Assembly: GCA_051294905.1 (NCBI GenBank)
Contig: CM119371.1
Span: forward strand, 35,838,001 to 35,898,000
Length of the DNA stretch: 60,000 bases
Origin: Botryllus schlosseri
Lineage: Eukaryota
Reading direction: 5' to 3'
How positions within the stretch are numbered: position 1 is the first letter of the stretch; every line of letters starts with the position of its first letter. Below the pieces are notes generated by a model. It was not told the DNA's origin, made no database searches, and saw only the letters and a list, made by a program, of their open reading frames with translations. This document shows positions 1 to 13,042 of the stretch, one piece after another. The translations under genes were made by a program, and so were the position numbers.

Positions 1-200
1 AGGTATAGACGGGCAGTTGTCGATAGCGAGCTGTAAATTGTCGATGCTGCGTTTCGCAATCTCGCGCCTCAGGTGCACGTCGCAATCTGCCATCATTAGC
101 AGCGTGTCCAGGTCCTTGGTCAATTCGATTTCTTCGATTTGCTCCAACCGCGCCCTGGCAACTTCGTACATTCTGCCTTGCATGTGCGAACAGGCGAGAC
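1..200 (-). CDS. Internal exon of an uncharacterised multi-exon gene (gene 1); continues beyond window start
   Basis: Acceptor ctctttag (AG at 202-201), phase 1, open to window edge: (G)LACSHMQGRMYEVARARLEQIEEIELTKDLDTLLMMADCDVHLRREIAKRSIDNLQLAIDNCPSIP; GC-richer than flanks; phase matches exon 1037-1099. Confidence 0.8.
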
Positions 201-1036
201 CTAAAGAGAGAAAACATTTTATAATTTACTTCCAATGAAAGGAATTGCATAGTTCGGTAACTCAATGCATGCACTGTTCATTTCTCGAGTACAATATAAT
301 AAACAAGTTGGGACTCAGCAAAACGATTCCAGTTCTGGAATCCGAGGCGAGCAATGTAAACAAAAGCCTTTCCCAACTGCGGTGGTAACACACCGTTGAA
401 ACCACTTTGCAAAAGCCTGATATTCACGGAAATTATAGTTAGAGCAGTAACAGACCCGCTACATTGTCAAACGCGATGAACTAGTCAGAATGGTCAAAAA
501 ATACAAAATTATTTTTCAAATCGTGTTAGGAGAGTCGGAAAATAGGTACTATATGTACTAATAAATATGTACCTCAATACTTTTTTTAACAATTTTTAAT
601 ACGTCACCCCATCATTATCACGTTACAGTGAAACAAACAACGTGGTATGCATCACATCTGTTCGATTTTCCACACATTTCAAATAGCCGTGGTTGAAGGA
701 GTGAAAGCAGATACTCAGGTGATGGTAGTCCCTATACTTCCTAAATTGCGACTCGATTACCAATGAACTTATGGATTTCCAAGTGAAGTAACATGTAGGC
801 CCATGTATTATAATTGACTAAAAACTGTTTGAGTACCCCGAAAAAGTAAAAACAATTCTTCTAACTACTGTCAATTTTCAATATTGCATAACCCTAGGAT
901 AATTTACGTCAAGCCACGGTCTGCGTTAGAACGGTGATGCCGATGTCCCGGTTTAGGTACCGATTTTTATTTAGTATATTCATGTCAATGACACGAGTCA
1001 TCCCCCTCCCTCCCCAGGTATATAGCTTGTACTCAC

Positions 1037-1099
1037 CTCTCAGGAACGACACAAACGCAAGCTTATCTCTGCCCAGCTCTCGGTAATGATCAAGCGTAT
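1037..1099 (-). CDS. 63-nt internal exon of gene 1
   Basis: tttcag acceptor and gtgagt donor, phase 1-1, (D)TLDHYRELGRDKLAFVSFLR(G). Confidence 0.8.
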
Positions 1100-1907
1100 C
1101 TGAAATGGAGCCAACAATATTCTCAATTGTAGCAAAATATGTTCGTTACTGCTATATGGAGGTAGTCAAAAAGTCTCAAGAGCATAGCCAGCATTGGTAA
1201 GCCCAGTAGAAGTTCAAATTCAAGTGGAAGCAGCGTTGTAATAACTCTAGTCACGACTGGGGCTGGGAAAAATCGAGCACCTGAGTGATTCGATTCTGAT
1301 CACGTATTACGCTTCGATTCGAGTATTTGAGGATCACTCGTTATGACGTCATAACGGACTCTAGTCGCCATGTTCTGGTGACTCGACTTGATTCTAGTCA
1401 TTTTCTGAAAAAGGGAAAATAACTCGACTCGACTCGAGTCAATTTGTGTATTGACTCGACTTGTGCTCGAGTCATTGCGCATGACTCGGACCAAGTCATA
1501 TGACTCGAGACTGGGTCTATCAAGACGGGCATTTCATTGTAATTTCGAAGAATAGTAAAGTTGTTTCACTAATATTATTTCATCTATCAGTACTGCCACC
1601 TGAAAATGTTACCAGAAACTGCTAAATCTGAGGAAAACTAGTATATATTGAATGCGAAGCATTCAATATCACCAAGCTGAGCTGAAAAAAGTGGGTATCA
1701 CATGACATCAACTCGGAACTGAGCAGTGAACACAATGACTTGGACTCGGACTCGAGTCAAACACGATGACTCGGACTCGACACTCTATTCCGTGACTTAG
1801 ACTCGGACTTGACTCGCAGGTGAATTGAAAATGACGCGACTTGACTCGGTCAAAACGATAAAATTGAGATTGACTTGTGACTCGAAACCTTACGACTTGG
1901 TTACAAC

Positions 1908-3265
1908 CAGGGTTGCCATACCGTCCTCATTTCTAAGATTTGTCCTTATTTTGAAGGGTCACGTCTTAGAAAACTCAACTGTCCTTATTTCTAAGAAATG
2001 TCCTTATTTTCGACTTGCGTCCTTATTTTTAACCGCTACAGAACTTCGATCGTTTTCCTTTGGTATCTGTGTTGCATAATATTCTCAAATTATGCTCTCG
2101 CGTTGAGATTTTATGACATCATACACGAAAGGAACTCTTGTGACGTACACACCACAAGAGATAGCTATAGGGCAGTGAGTGGTGGTATAGCAGTTTCGTC
2201 TGTACCAAACTATACCGCAGTGGACATCATTTTAGCAGTAAACGGCAGTACCAGGCTCCTGCTGTTTGGTCTACAGCAGAATAAACTCAAACTGTGTGGA
2301 AGGCAGCATTTATTGCGTAGTGGAAAAAGGCGCAGTGCAGTCGACACATTGAATAAAAAGTAGTAAAGCAATAAATCATTGATAAATTTTTCTAAATTAT
2401 GTTGCACTTGCGCATGTAGTTTTAGCTACAAATAAGAATAACTCTGATTAGTTCAAATGAACAGGCGTAAAAATGTTTTTCGTGACGATTATGAGAGAGA
2501 ATTCAAAGGTATCTAACGAAGCTGGAAGGGCGAGTGTTTCGCACATAGCAATATCTGCAATTGTGACCTTAACCTGGAGGCCATAGGAAAGAACGCTGTT
2601 TCAACTCGCATTGCTACCCCAAAACACAAGAAGTGTGTCATGATGATTCATTTGAGCCAGTCGATGAATAATTTTTCCACAAGTCGATCAGCACCAACGA
2701 CCACAGACTACAAGGCAGCTGCTGCAGAGGGTACCTGGGCATTCCATACTGTCAAACACCAGCAATCATTCCTCACCAACGATTGCACATCGCAATTTTT
2801 CAAACCAATATTACCCGATTCCACAAAGTTTTCTTAGGCCAGGACCAAGACTATAAGTATTGTTACTGGAGTTTTTGCTCCATACGCTCAAATATGATTT
2901 TGTTTAAACTTGGTGTACGGCCTTTAACCATCTTGGTTGACGCCTCTAACGAGCTGAAGAAGTTTCGTATCTCACCCGGGGGGGGGGGGGGGGGTCAAGA
3001 CATACAGTTTTTTGGGCGGGCCGACGAAGTGCTGTTTCGGCCCTGAGTAAAGGTAAACCTAGACCTGAGCTGTCGTGAGGTCGGAAGCACTTCCTAAAAA
3101 CAAGTTGCTGGAGTAGATTGTTTCTCGTGACAAGTATGGAATGTGATATGCACCGGCTCGTATAAATACAAAGTATGTACAAAAACGCTTTTTCATGCTA
3201 ATCTAATTTTTCGACTGTCCTTATTTTTGGGTCATGTATTTTGGGCCATGTCGATGGCAACCCTG
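1908..3265 (+). mobile_element. Internally deleted hAT transposon (1358 bp)
   Basis: TIRs CAGGGTTGCCAT...ATGGCAACCCTG; exact 8-bp TSD GTTACAAC (1900-1907 and 3266-3273); gtccttattt subterminal repeats. Confidence 0.9.
2457..2960 (+). pseudogene. Degenerate hAT transposase N-terminus (BED-like zinc finger to first catalytic Asp)
   Basis: MNRRKNVFRDDYEREFKGI*RSWKGECFAHSNICNCDLN...KHKKC...AAEGTWAFHTVKHQQSFLTNDCTSQFFKPILPDSTKFS*ARTKT...VFAPY[fs]...TILVDASN; two stops, one frameshift, truncated. Confidence 0.75.
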
Positions 3266-3551
3266 GTTACAACCCTGCTGACTTGCACTCGTACTTGACT
3301 CGGTGAATTGAAAATGACTCGACTTGACTTGACTATACTCGAGTCAAAACTATAAATGTGGGATTGACTTGCAACTAGGAACCTTGCGACTTGGTTACAA
3401 CCCTGAGTGTAAGTATGGATTAAACGGTCTTAGAAAGTTGCTGAGGAAAGCAGTTTCCAAATATACATTTCGTCGTATGTCGCATACCTTTAACAGGTAA
3501 TCGGAGGCGTCTACTTTCTAAATTCCAAGATCTACCATAGCGACAAACGCA

Positions 3552-3907
3552 CAGTGGTTCCCAACCTTTTTCGACTGATCGACCCGTTTTCAAACTCCAC
3601 AGTCCACACCGATCACCACCACCCCCTATATTGGGACGGAAAATGGGCATAGAAACCGTAATCACCGGCGAGCTGACTAAAAAAGGTCAACTTTTCGGCT
3701 CGACCCCGAAATTGCACTTTTACAGCTAAATTTTCGCGAGTTGACTAAGAAAAAGGTCACTTCTCCGACTTGACTCCAATATATCCGTTCAACGTGCCAT
3801 CGCCCCCTTCGTCCATTTCCGCCCCCTATCGTCCCCTTTGTTATTTTCACCTCCTAGACCGCTAAATCGACACCTGGGGGCGATATCACCCACGTTGGGA
3901 GCCACTG
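3552..3907. mobile_element. hAT (Charlie-like) MITE
   Basis: TIRs CAGTGGTTCCCAAC...GTTGGGAGCCACTG; similar flanks gacaaacgca / gactaacgca. Confidence 0.75.
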
Positions 3908-4796
3908 GACTAACGCAAACTGGCTAATGACTCTACAAACAGGCGAAAGCGTCGAAATTATGTTCATTCACATCGATAAAGGCGTTGTTCCACGCGGTTC
4001 CTGCGACGAATTAACCCGAAAAAGCTACGCAAACTTATCTCAAGACTATCTTCTGCTTGGCAAAATGAAAATTGAAAAAATGGGAAGTTTTGCCACAGTA
4101 CTGTTAAAGTAGATGAGAACTTGGTAGGGGTTTGGTAGGCCATGGTGGGGCATGGCACAATGATTCAAGTGGTCGAATCTGAATCGACTAATAATTCCAA
4201 TGATTCCAGTCCGGTGATGACAGTGGATTTTTTCTAGCACTGAAATTATTGGCCCCTTGCCACTAAGATATAATTTGACCTCTAAAATCATAGCGTCTAC
4301 TTCGGCTGGCGGAAGGCTCAAACCGCGATTGGTCGTATCGCAACACACGAAACCTAGTACAAAATGGCAATGACATTTATGTGAAGTCGTGATTGACCCA
4401 GAGCGTTATCACAATGTGCAATGAAGGACGTGTGGTCGAAAACATACCTAACGATCTTCAATGTGACGCAGAACTTGCATTAGAATTCTTTGTGGTCATA
4501 TAAAAGGTACATGTTTGAACTCAACATACCATCCATGCTACCGTGAGGTAATCATGAAATATACTCCAATACTCCATGCTTAATCTCCAATTGAGAATCG
4601 AACTACTCCAGCACTCGATTTCGCCCGGCTGCAGGACCTTGTTCAAAAGCCACTGAAGTGAAAGCAAAACCTACTTAGACTTCGCCGGGAAAGTATAGGT
4701 AATCAACTGACCCCTCTGTTGGGGTATCAATTCGAACGGGATACTACCGTGAAATCTGGCGTTAAAAGTCTACACGAGAAGCAGATATGATTTTAC

Positions 4797-5134
4797 CTGA
4801 CGAACTATATAGTTCTGCCTCCTTATTACGTCTAACGACCGACGGCGAACGGTCCGACGAGATATCTCTGTAGCTATCTCCCGATGAGCTATCCATCGTA
4901 GAACTTTTGCTGCGATGCAATCCAGCGGGTGGCGTTAGACGCTTGTACGGCGTAGTCACCGGGCTCTCTGGCGTCGGCGTAGTGCTGGAGTTCGACAGAT
5001 CCTCTGGAGTGGTGAGGCTGCCTCGAGATGCCGAGCGATCTCCGGACTTGCGCCTCAGGCGTCCTTTAGCGATATCCTCTATCAGGGATGTCGATGATAA
5101 CGCACCTCCGTCGCTACCAGAGGCTCTCGAACTA
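4797..5134 (-). CDS. Ser/Thr/Pro-rich exon of gene 1
   Basis: ttttag(tag) NAGNAG acceptor, phase 2 to 1, gtaaaa donor; SSRASGSDGG...KGRLRRKSGDRS...ELYSSS; GC-rich core of ORF 4762-5253. Confidence 0.8.
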
Positions 5135-5606
5135 CTAAAAGTGAAAAACACATACTGAGGAGATTCTTGGAGGCACATAACTTCGATATGCAATTCAGCA
5201 ATATATTCGAAAACGTTATGAACAGATATGAAGGCATCAGCATCAAATTTCAAATAATCAAGGCGAAGAGATCGCTTAAACTCTATGTACTATTTTTAAT
5301 GGTACACGAACTCCTTCTGATGGCACAAACGGAGTTGGTATATTTTGATAAAAAGTCACATCCAAGGCACCCATACGGAAGTGTGAACGGCATCTCCTGA
5401 CGACGCTAAATCTCGACAATTTTACACGCGAACAGAACTATCCAATGAAATGTTTGCCGATGGAAGAATTCACGGTCTTTGCTGTTCTTATTCCAGCTTC
5501 AGGAGATGAGTCAAGGATGACCATTTTCCGAGCGCGATACACGTGTTCTAATAAATCTAAGGACACGCTATTTGATGCGGTCCTGCAAACGCTGTGTCGT
5601 TCCTAC

Positions 5607-5650
5607 CATGTAGCTACAGTATCAGTGGCACTTGCACTCGTTGACGACAT
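5607..5650 (-). CDS. Candidate alternative first coding exon of gene 1 (MSSTSASATDTVAT)
   Basis: ATG 2 nt after an aag acceptor; ends in phase 2 at a gtagga donor, matching exon 4797-5134. Confidence 0.45.
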
Positions 5651-5808
5651 TGCTTTGTTGAAATATAAGAAAAACTACAATATTAATTAGTGCGCTCTAT
5701 ATACAGTCAATTTCGGAAACTGTCTGTAGAAGCCTGTTTCAATACTCCAACCAAAACTGACTTTTTGCAGACCGCTCTCAAAGGTAACCACACACAGCGT
5801 GTTGATTA

Positions 5809-7657
5809 CAGGGTTGTAACCAAGTCACATGTTTCCGAGTCACGAGTCAATCTTACTTTTGTGGTTTTGACTCGAGTCAAGTCGAGTCATTTTCAATTCA
5901 CCACCGAGTCGAGTCCGAGTCCAAGTCACTGTTTAAAGGGTCAAGTCCGAGTCATAGTGTTATGACTCGAGTCCGAGTCCAAGTCACAGTATTGAAGTCA
6001 TGTTCATCTCATGTTTTCAATCCTGCTTGGGTGATATCGAATTCCTTGCTTGCCAAACATGCTTATTTTGTCCCTACCAGAGTCTTGGAACATGTTTATT
6101 TAGGTAGATTACGGACAGTTACTGGCCTCATTTACCAATGCTACAGATAGACGAGACAGGCTGCCAATATGATGACTTTAGTAATCTTAAAACTTATAAT
6201 CAAATATCTGTCTTATCAGTCCGATACATTCCAAATACAAGCATTCAGTTTTTATTACGAACACATCGACGACAGCTCACAAATAGCTGATTGAGAACCA
6301 ACGAATTCAAGTCTACAAATAAGGTGGTAGAGAATCAACAGATGCATGTTTATGTAGAGGTATTTTCACCAGGCCAGCATGCTGTAAAAGCGTGCATGCA
6401 GCTATGTGCGTGCAGTCACAAAAAAAAAACAGATTTATATCTATTGTTATTACTATAGTTTGTCCCGATTGCATGACAGACTACATCGCAGTTACAGCAT
6501 TGGAGAAATAATTGGGGCTGTTAAAAAACAATTTTTCCAATGTTCCGGCTACTTCTTAAAATTGTTAGATTGCCTAAAAAAAAATCAAATTTGGCTCAAT
6601 TCCAAACGGTAGAAAGTAATGCTATAAGAGAAAATTTCGGATTAATTACGAATATAGATTTTCGAATTTTACTGGCTACCTCATGATATTGTTAGATTGT
6701 GTAAAATATGATTCATAGCAAATTTGGCTCAATTCCAATTAGAAGAAGCGAAGTGATTAGAGTAGGATATTTTGGATATGAAAAAATAGTCGGCTTACCT
6801 CTAGTATGTAATTTTATTATATGAAAGAATTTCTCACTAAAAATACTCCATTAATTTTCAAATCCAAAATTTTCTCTTCTCATATCATTGCTTCTACTTT
6901 TTAAAATTTAACCAGATTCAGTGTTCGTTTAATGCAATATAAAAATTTCATCAAGTAGCCATCAAGTAAAATAAAAACGAAGTTATTTTGAACAGCCCTA
7001 TTGCACAAACATCACACAACATTTACCATTCATTATTACTCACGTGCACAATGCACAATTGCACAATGTGCAATGCACATAGCTAACAAAACGTCAATTG
7101 GACGGCGGGTATTTTTAACAGACGAAAGATCAAATCAATGATGAGTTACACTTCAAAAATACCAAAGTGGAAAGGAGATCCTCAGATATATTAAAGCGGC
7201 ATGGCCTTGGAATAAATATACATCTGCTGAATACACCTTCCGCTGGTGCACTAGATGCAGGGATTGACAATCATTTGTCTTGAGTACTTTGATTGCGGAG
7301 GATTTATTACCTCTTCATCACTGGATGATTTTGTACAACGCATTGCTACGATGTATCATTGTCTGCTGTTTTAACGGCGGCCTATCTGATATCAGACGAG
7401 TGCAACGAAAACAGTGGTGATAAATAGCGATGTCGGCAGAATTCGTCAGATGCGTTCATCTAGCCATTACGATTCATAACTTTCTTCGTCTTCGCGTCAT
7501 ATAAAATAAGCCAAGTAAATGACTTGGGTCGAGTCATGCGTAATGACTCGAGTACAAGTCGAGTCAATCCAAATATTGACTCGAGTCGAGTCATTTTCCC
7601 ATTTCAAGAAAATGACTCGAGTCAAGTCGAGTCATGACTCGAGTCATTACAACCCTG
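5809..7657. mobile_element. Non-autonomous hAT element (GACTCG family, 1849 bp) with nested TAGGGCTGTTC-type MITE (about 6513-7000)
   Basis: TIRs CAGGGTTGTAA...TTACAACCCTG; exact TSD GTTGATTA (5801-5808 and 7658-7665). Confidence 0.9.
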
Positions 7658-7986
7658 GTTGATTAGTGTCATGTTTTAGACGTTATCATATAGAGTAGAG
7701 GCCAAGTTATAAGTGATACAGAGGTCATGTAAATACTGCGCTGTCCACGGAAATCGTAATAGCCTGTAGCAAAGTGCTACTACTTTTTTCGAATACCTAA
7801 TTTGGTTTTGTCCACGTTCGATATTTACTCGAGAAGCTATGATTTGAAACCATTTCCACGTTTAGTTCACTTGTCAGCTTTTAGGGAATATTTACTTTTC
7901 AAATCAAGGATTCTACCTTAGTTCTACTCCAGTACGAACGACGACTACTCTGGCCATCTCTTGCTAAACGATATTTTCAGAGGTCC

Positions 7987-8245
7987 ACAGACATATGAAC
8001 ATGCGACAATTGTGCACGCGACACAGGAGCTTGCTGGTTAAATGTACGGGAAGAATTGGATTAGGACTGAATTTACGGTTAGGTTAAGGTGGGGTTGAGA
8101 TGAATATTATGGAAAATTTCAATATTGAGAGTTATGGTTGGGGTTAGTGTTAGTATTGTGTTATGAAGTCACATGCTGAAGTGGCGCATGTTAATTGTCC
8201 ATGCTCAACTGTAGTCTTTCATTGTGTCGCATGCTCATCTGTTGG
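7987..8245. repeat. Short inverted-repeat element with internal ttagg/ggtta simple repeats
   Basis: atgaacatgcgaca ... tgtcgcatgctcat inverted pair flanking a G/T-biased ttagg-like tract. Confidence 0.4.
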
Positions 8246-8592
8246 GAAATAACTTCCAAGTACCAAACATCGCTTTGACGAATCACTTTCACCAATCTCT
8301 AGATTTAAATAAAGGGGTAGAGTGGATTATACTTCGTGTATCTCCTCAAGTGGGATCACAGAGGTGTTGACGGAACCCACTTATACACCCCTGGGATACA
8401 GCTCCGCATATCTGACTTGTTTTCACCTATCATAATGGGTAGGTATAACAACACAATTTTAACCAGATAATGTCGATGGCTTGATTAACACCCCGCTTTA
8501 TGATGGTAAGATTCTAAATACGCCCGTTTTCCACCACTGAATTCAGAGTATCGGGCGAATAACGGCGTAACAAGAAATACTTGAGATCTTAC

Positions 8593-8660
8593 AACTCCTC
8601 TTCTTCCTCGATTGTAGAAAGGCTCCACATGCTCCTAGACTTTATCAATCGACCCGCCAT
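8593..8660 (-). CDS. Candidate first coding exon of gene 1 (MAGRLIKSRSMWSLSTIEEEEE)
   Basis: ctgcag acceptor about 30 nt before ATG; gtaaga donor in phase 2, compatible with exon 4797-5134. Confidence 0.55.
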
Positions 8661-10653
8661 CGTTTGTTAGCTTTGTTCCGTTCGTATGTCCCTGCAGTCA
8701 AACCAAAATACCAAAAACTATATATCTTTACAACCACCTGAAAGACGCATTAATGTAGAAGCCTTGGATCCAACGACTATGTGGATAGGCCTTCGTAAAT
8801 CATCGTAAAAAGCGATCTATTCGGAGATATACTACAACTGTCACGACATTTGCTGACGCACATCCATCTCGAAGCTATTCGCTACCGTCACAGTTTGCAA
8901 TTTGTCATTTGGATAGCCAAGAAAAGGAATTAGGATTTAAACCTCCCGAAATTCTAATGATTGGTAATTCCTGCTGCGGACATTTACCTAGCACCCAAAC
9001 ATCGTATACCGTTTACAGCTGATATCATTCATCTCGGAAAGGGCCCGTCAGTATTTGCAAGAGCTGATTCCATTATAAAACGAGCCATTACTTGAAATAA
9101 AGAAGCTTTAAATATTGACGAAAACTATATGGTGTATCTCTGCTGCACGACGGTAACTACACTACACCACACCGTTTCTAATTAAAATACCGTATATTCA
9201 GCTGATAAAAATGTGTTTTAGAGTGAATTCTCTTGATATACCGTACCACGACATGACATAGGCCTTTCTGTTCCGCCTACTGATATATACCGTTTCTTTT
9301 TAATAGCTTGTTCGGTTTATGTTTCCTTGCTGCTACTTGTGTTTCAATGAACGTAGCCTACACGTGTTTCGTATTTGCGTATAAGGCCAAGGTGGATGTT
9401 CGATTAAAAGACTATAAAGACTATACTTCAATTATTTACATCTTACGGCAATCGTGTAGTGCTTTGAAATGATGTAATTCTAAATACAGTGAACTCAATC
9501 AGAAGCAGACATGGGGTGATTACTTCATGATTGTAATCGATTGCGATTACGATTACTTCTGAATGACGCGATTACGATTACGATTACAGCAAATTCAAGA
9601 AGAAGTCGATTACGATTACGATTACATTGGAAAAGTAATCACGATTACTCACGATTACATTTATTTTGCATCTTGGAAGCTATGTCAGAAGCCAATATAT
9701 GGATTGCGCTGAAGAGGCCTAATGAGATAACAAACTCCCTTTAAAAGAGATGCGTCATTTGCTTGTTACGTCATAATGTACCCATTGCCCATTTCTATGG
9801 AGTTCAATTTATCGCACCCAATGATTTGCATTCTTGCCAGGGCCATAATTGCCGCACCCTAAATTTCCCAATAGGGTGGGGAGCGAGCTCGAAAAAGGGG
9901 ACTGAAAAAGTATTTCGTAAACCAACATAAGTTATAGAGTATTTTCGAGTGATCTAATTAACTTGAAAATCCTCTCTAAATCAGTGATTCCCAACCGCGG
10001 CTCCGAGCTAGCCTACTTGCGGCTCCCATTGACGTTGGAAAATCCAACAAAAATATTATAAAATCAAGTTAGAACAAACAAAAAAAATGATATTCAAAAA
10101 TTACACTTGCTTGGATTGGAATATGGAGTTTATAATTAAGGGTGGAGACCAATTCCTTTGCTGTCGAGTAGCGATTCTCTACTCAGCAACGATTTCGTTA
10201 CTCAACTCACGTCAAAAAGTATGCTCACACTCAAATGCGTTTGGATCGTTACTCAAATTTAAGTATGCTCATCATCAGACTAAATTAAGTGCAGGTGCAC
10301 TGTAAACCTAAACGCGTGCATTTATGCACCAAAATAACACACAATATTCGAATTTTTTTTAGATGCCACATTGCGTGGTAGCGATGTATGTCATAATATT
10401 GTGTGGTCTGAAGTGGCGTGTCCGTACCTATCACTGCAGAGCTCGAAATTATGTACCTGAAATGCCTCCACAGGCTCTGGAAAAATATTTTATTTTAAAA
10501 GAATCGGTTGTAAAATGTACGTTAAAAGTGCAAATTGCCGTTATAAATATGACAAGAAAAATTGAAAACAACAATTTTTTGACACTGTAAGACAGGATTT
10601 TATACAATAATAACAGAGCTTCTTGGAGGTAAAGAACTTCAATATACAATTGA

Positions 10654-11247
10654 ATAGTATGTTCATATTGAAATGAGCCCGAATATTTTCGGCTGACACT
10701 CGTCAGGGGTAATCGTCAGTAACTAGGAAAGAATTGGAAAGAACATTGTTTATCAACAAAATCGTATCACAAAATATGATGTCACCAGCATGAAATTTCG
10801 AGAGAGCGTTCAGTGCACTATTCCGATGCAGCTGGTACAGGACCTCCTTCTGTTGACAAAGTTCCGGCTGGTGTATTTTGATAAGTGAACCACAGTATGC
10901 TAATCAAAGTACTAGAAAAACTCCAAGTCACTCGCGAAACGTTCAACGCCAACATAGAGATATACAACAACCCAATCGCAATAGTGGAAGTAAAAGGACT
11001 AATAGCAGCGGAAATCACATGTATAAAATACACCAGCCTAAACTCTGTAAACAGGTTTTCGTGTTCCAGCTGGAAATAGTGCACTGAACGCACTCTCTCT
11101 CGAAATTTCATGCTGATGACGTCATATTTTGTGATACGATTGTTGATATACAATGTCCTTTCCAAATCTCTACTAGATTTGCTGACGATTACCACTGACA
11201 AGTGTCGACCGAAAATATTCGGGTTCATTTCAATATGAATATACTAT
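10654..11247. mobile_element. Fold-back MITE with about 170-bp TIRs
   Basis: atagtatgttcatattgaaatgagcccgaatattttcgg...cagtgcactatt inverted at ...ccgaaaatattcgggttcatttcaatatgaatatactat; fragment also at about 26903. Confidence 0.85.
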
Positions 11248-12040
11248 GTAACAGTAATAACAGTATAAAAGAACTGGATTCGGAACTAAAGCAAAGTGTA
11301 TGAACAGTAATGTTGCCAATAAACATTGTTTCTCACGAATTGACTAGTTACATGATCAAATGATTGAATTGCCAAAAAAACATAGTAAACCAATTTTGGT
11401 TTAACAGTATGTTATTTTGGAAAAGCCTTAATGTACAGTGCCACTAAAAACGAAAAGTTTACAAATTGAATGCATAGCAAAAAGTCTAGCCACAAAAAAG
11501 ACAAATTATTTTGCAAATGCAAAAAATAACAAAATCCACAATGTGCAGGTACCAAAAGAAAGCAGTACTCACAGCACAAGTACTTGGAGCAAGGGAGATT
11601 AATTAGCCTACATTTTTTCAATCGATTGCTGGGCATTTTGATATCTTTTCCAAGAATTGACGGACTTGTTCAACTGAAATCCCGATTTTTATCACCAACA
11701 AGGACACATTGAATGAATGGCATTATTTGAAAGACCTTGGGATAACTAAGATCTCAGTAGTAGCATGCTACGAGATCAATTATCATCTCAAGCGGTCTTC
11801 TTTGGTTTTCGGATCTGTGCTTGATGGTGATGCCATTTGGCCGCCATCCACGATTGTTCATCTCCATTCTCATGACGTGCAATCAAAAGATGAGGAGTCA
11901 GCTTTGAAGTCGGTAAATCGACTGTATGTGCCTGGAATTAAAACAATACGTTGGCTTTAAATTATTTTGCTAAATATTCACGTGCAAATCCAGAGCACAT
12001 GACCAACTTCAGCTAGAAATGCTTACAGGAGACTTCTCAT

Positions 12041-12533
12041 CAGGGATGTAATGACTCGAGTAATGACTTTCTCATGACTCGGGTCATTTTCTCAGAACAC
12101 AAAAATGACTCGATTCGACACAATCTGTGTATTGACTCGACTCGAGTCATTACGCATGACTCGAACCAAGTCATATGACTCGAGACTCAGATGACCAAGA
12201 TCGACATTTCATTGTAATTTCAAAGAATAGTAAAGTGACCACACTATTGAGATTTCGTCTATTGGTACTGGTACTTAAAATGAGATCAGAAACTGCTACA
12301 AATGAGGAAAATGAATATATTAACATGTGAACCATTCGATATCAACAACTGGGTTACCAAGACTTTAACTGGAAGCTGAGCCGTCGACACAATGACTTGG
12401 ATTCGAGTCATAACACCATGAATCGGACTCGAACCTCTACTTGTTGATTTTGACTCGGACTTGACTCGAGTCAATCCTACAAAACGCGAGATCGAGTTGT
12501 GACTCGGAGCCTTGTGACTTGGTTACGACACTG
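12041..12533. mobile_element. GACTCG-family hAT MITE (493 bp)
   Basis: TIRs CAGGGATGTAA...TTACGACACTG; exact TSD CTTCTCAT. Confidence 0.9.
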
Positions 12534-12585
12534 CTTCTCATATTAAAGATTCAAGTGTAGTTGAATCGGCGAATAGTTTGAAGGG

Positions 12586-13042
12586 GCACTGCACTCTAAA
12601 AATCATGTCGTCTCAAATTGACGGGCGAAACGAGAAATTTTTTTAGGCCGCAGCCATTTTCTTCAGAACGCCACCGTAAAGAAGCTGCAATTTATTGAAT
12701 TTTCCACATCGGAATCATGCTCCAGCAGTCACGCAGAAATCGAACTTTATATCGTTGTCAGCCGATGTTATTATGAAGGAAATATGTCGTACACGCGAAG
12801 GTGATTTAGATACCGCGTTCAACGGAAGATGTTCAGTCAGGAGATTCATGTCAAAATCAGGCCTAGTGTATTCTATTTTTTTGTCGATTTCTGCCTGACT
12901 GCTAGAGTATGATTCCCCTGTGGAAAATTCAATAAATTGCAGCTCCATTACGGTGGCGTTCTGAAGAAAATGGCTGCGGCCTGAAAAATTTTCCCGTTTC
13001 GCCCTTTAAGTTGAGATCACAATAGTTTTTAGAGTGCAGTGC
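12586..13042. mobile_element. Fold-back MITE with about 160-bp TIRs (possibly Kolobok-like); a further left arm at about 13220-13325
   Basis: gcactgcactctaaaaa...cagccattttcttcagaacgccaccgtaa inverted at ttacggtggcgttctgaagaaaatggctg...tttagagtgcagtgc; TTAA-like flanks. Confidence 0.8.

Larger units (their letters stand above)
1360..3405. mobile_element. GACTCG-repeat hAT-type MITE, interrupted by a second hAT element, with a duplicated right terminus
   Basis: Dense gactcga/gagtc subterminal repeats; terminus cttggttacaaccctg is split at 1907/3266 and repeated at about 3390-3405; homologous to 12041-12533 and to the ends of 5809-7657; left boundary approximate. Confidence 0.7.

Noticed and set aside
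2977..2994. Long poly-G run as a G-quadruplex regulatory element
   Set aside because: It sits at the deletion breakpoint of a dead transposase, and homopolymer length is unreliable.
7311..7345. Short exon-like segment ending AAGAG|gtaata as another first exon of gene 1
   Set aside because: It lies inside hAT element 5809-7657, and stops occur shortly upstream in all three frames.
10818..11228. 136-aa ORF and similar 60-130 aa ORFs in the track (e.g. 1998-2363, 32765-33085, 35243-35611)
   Set aside because: They lie in MITEs or introns, or are antisense shadows of real exons, with no recognisable motifs or splice support.
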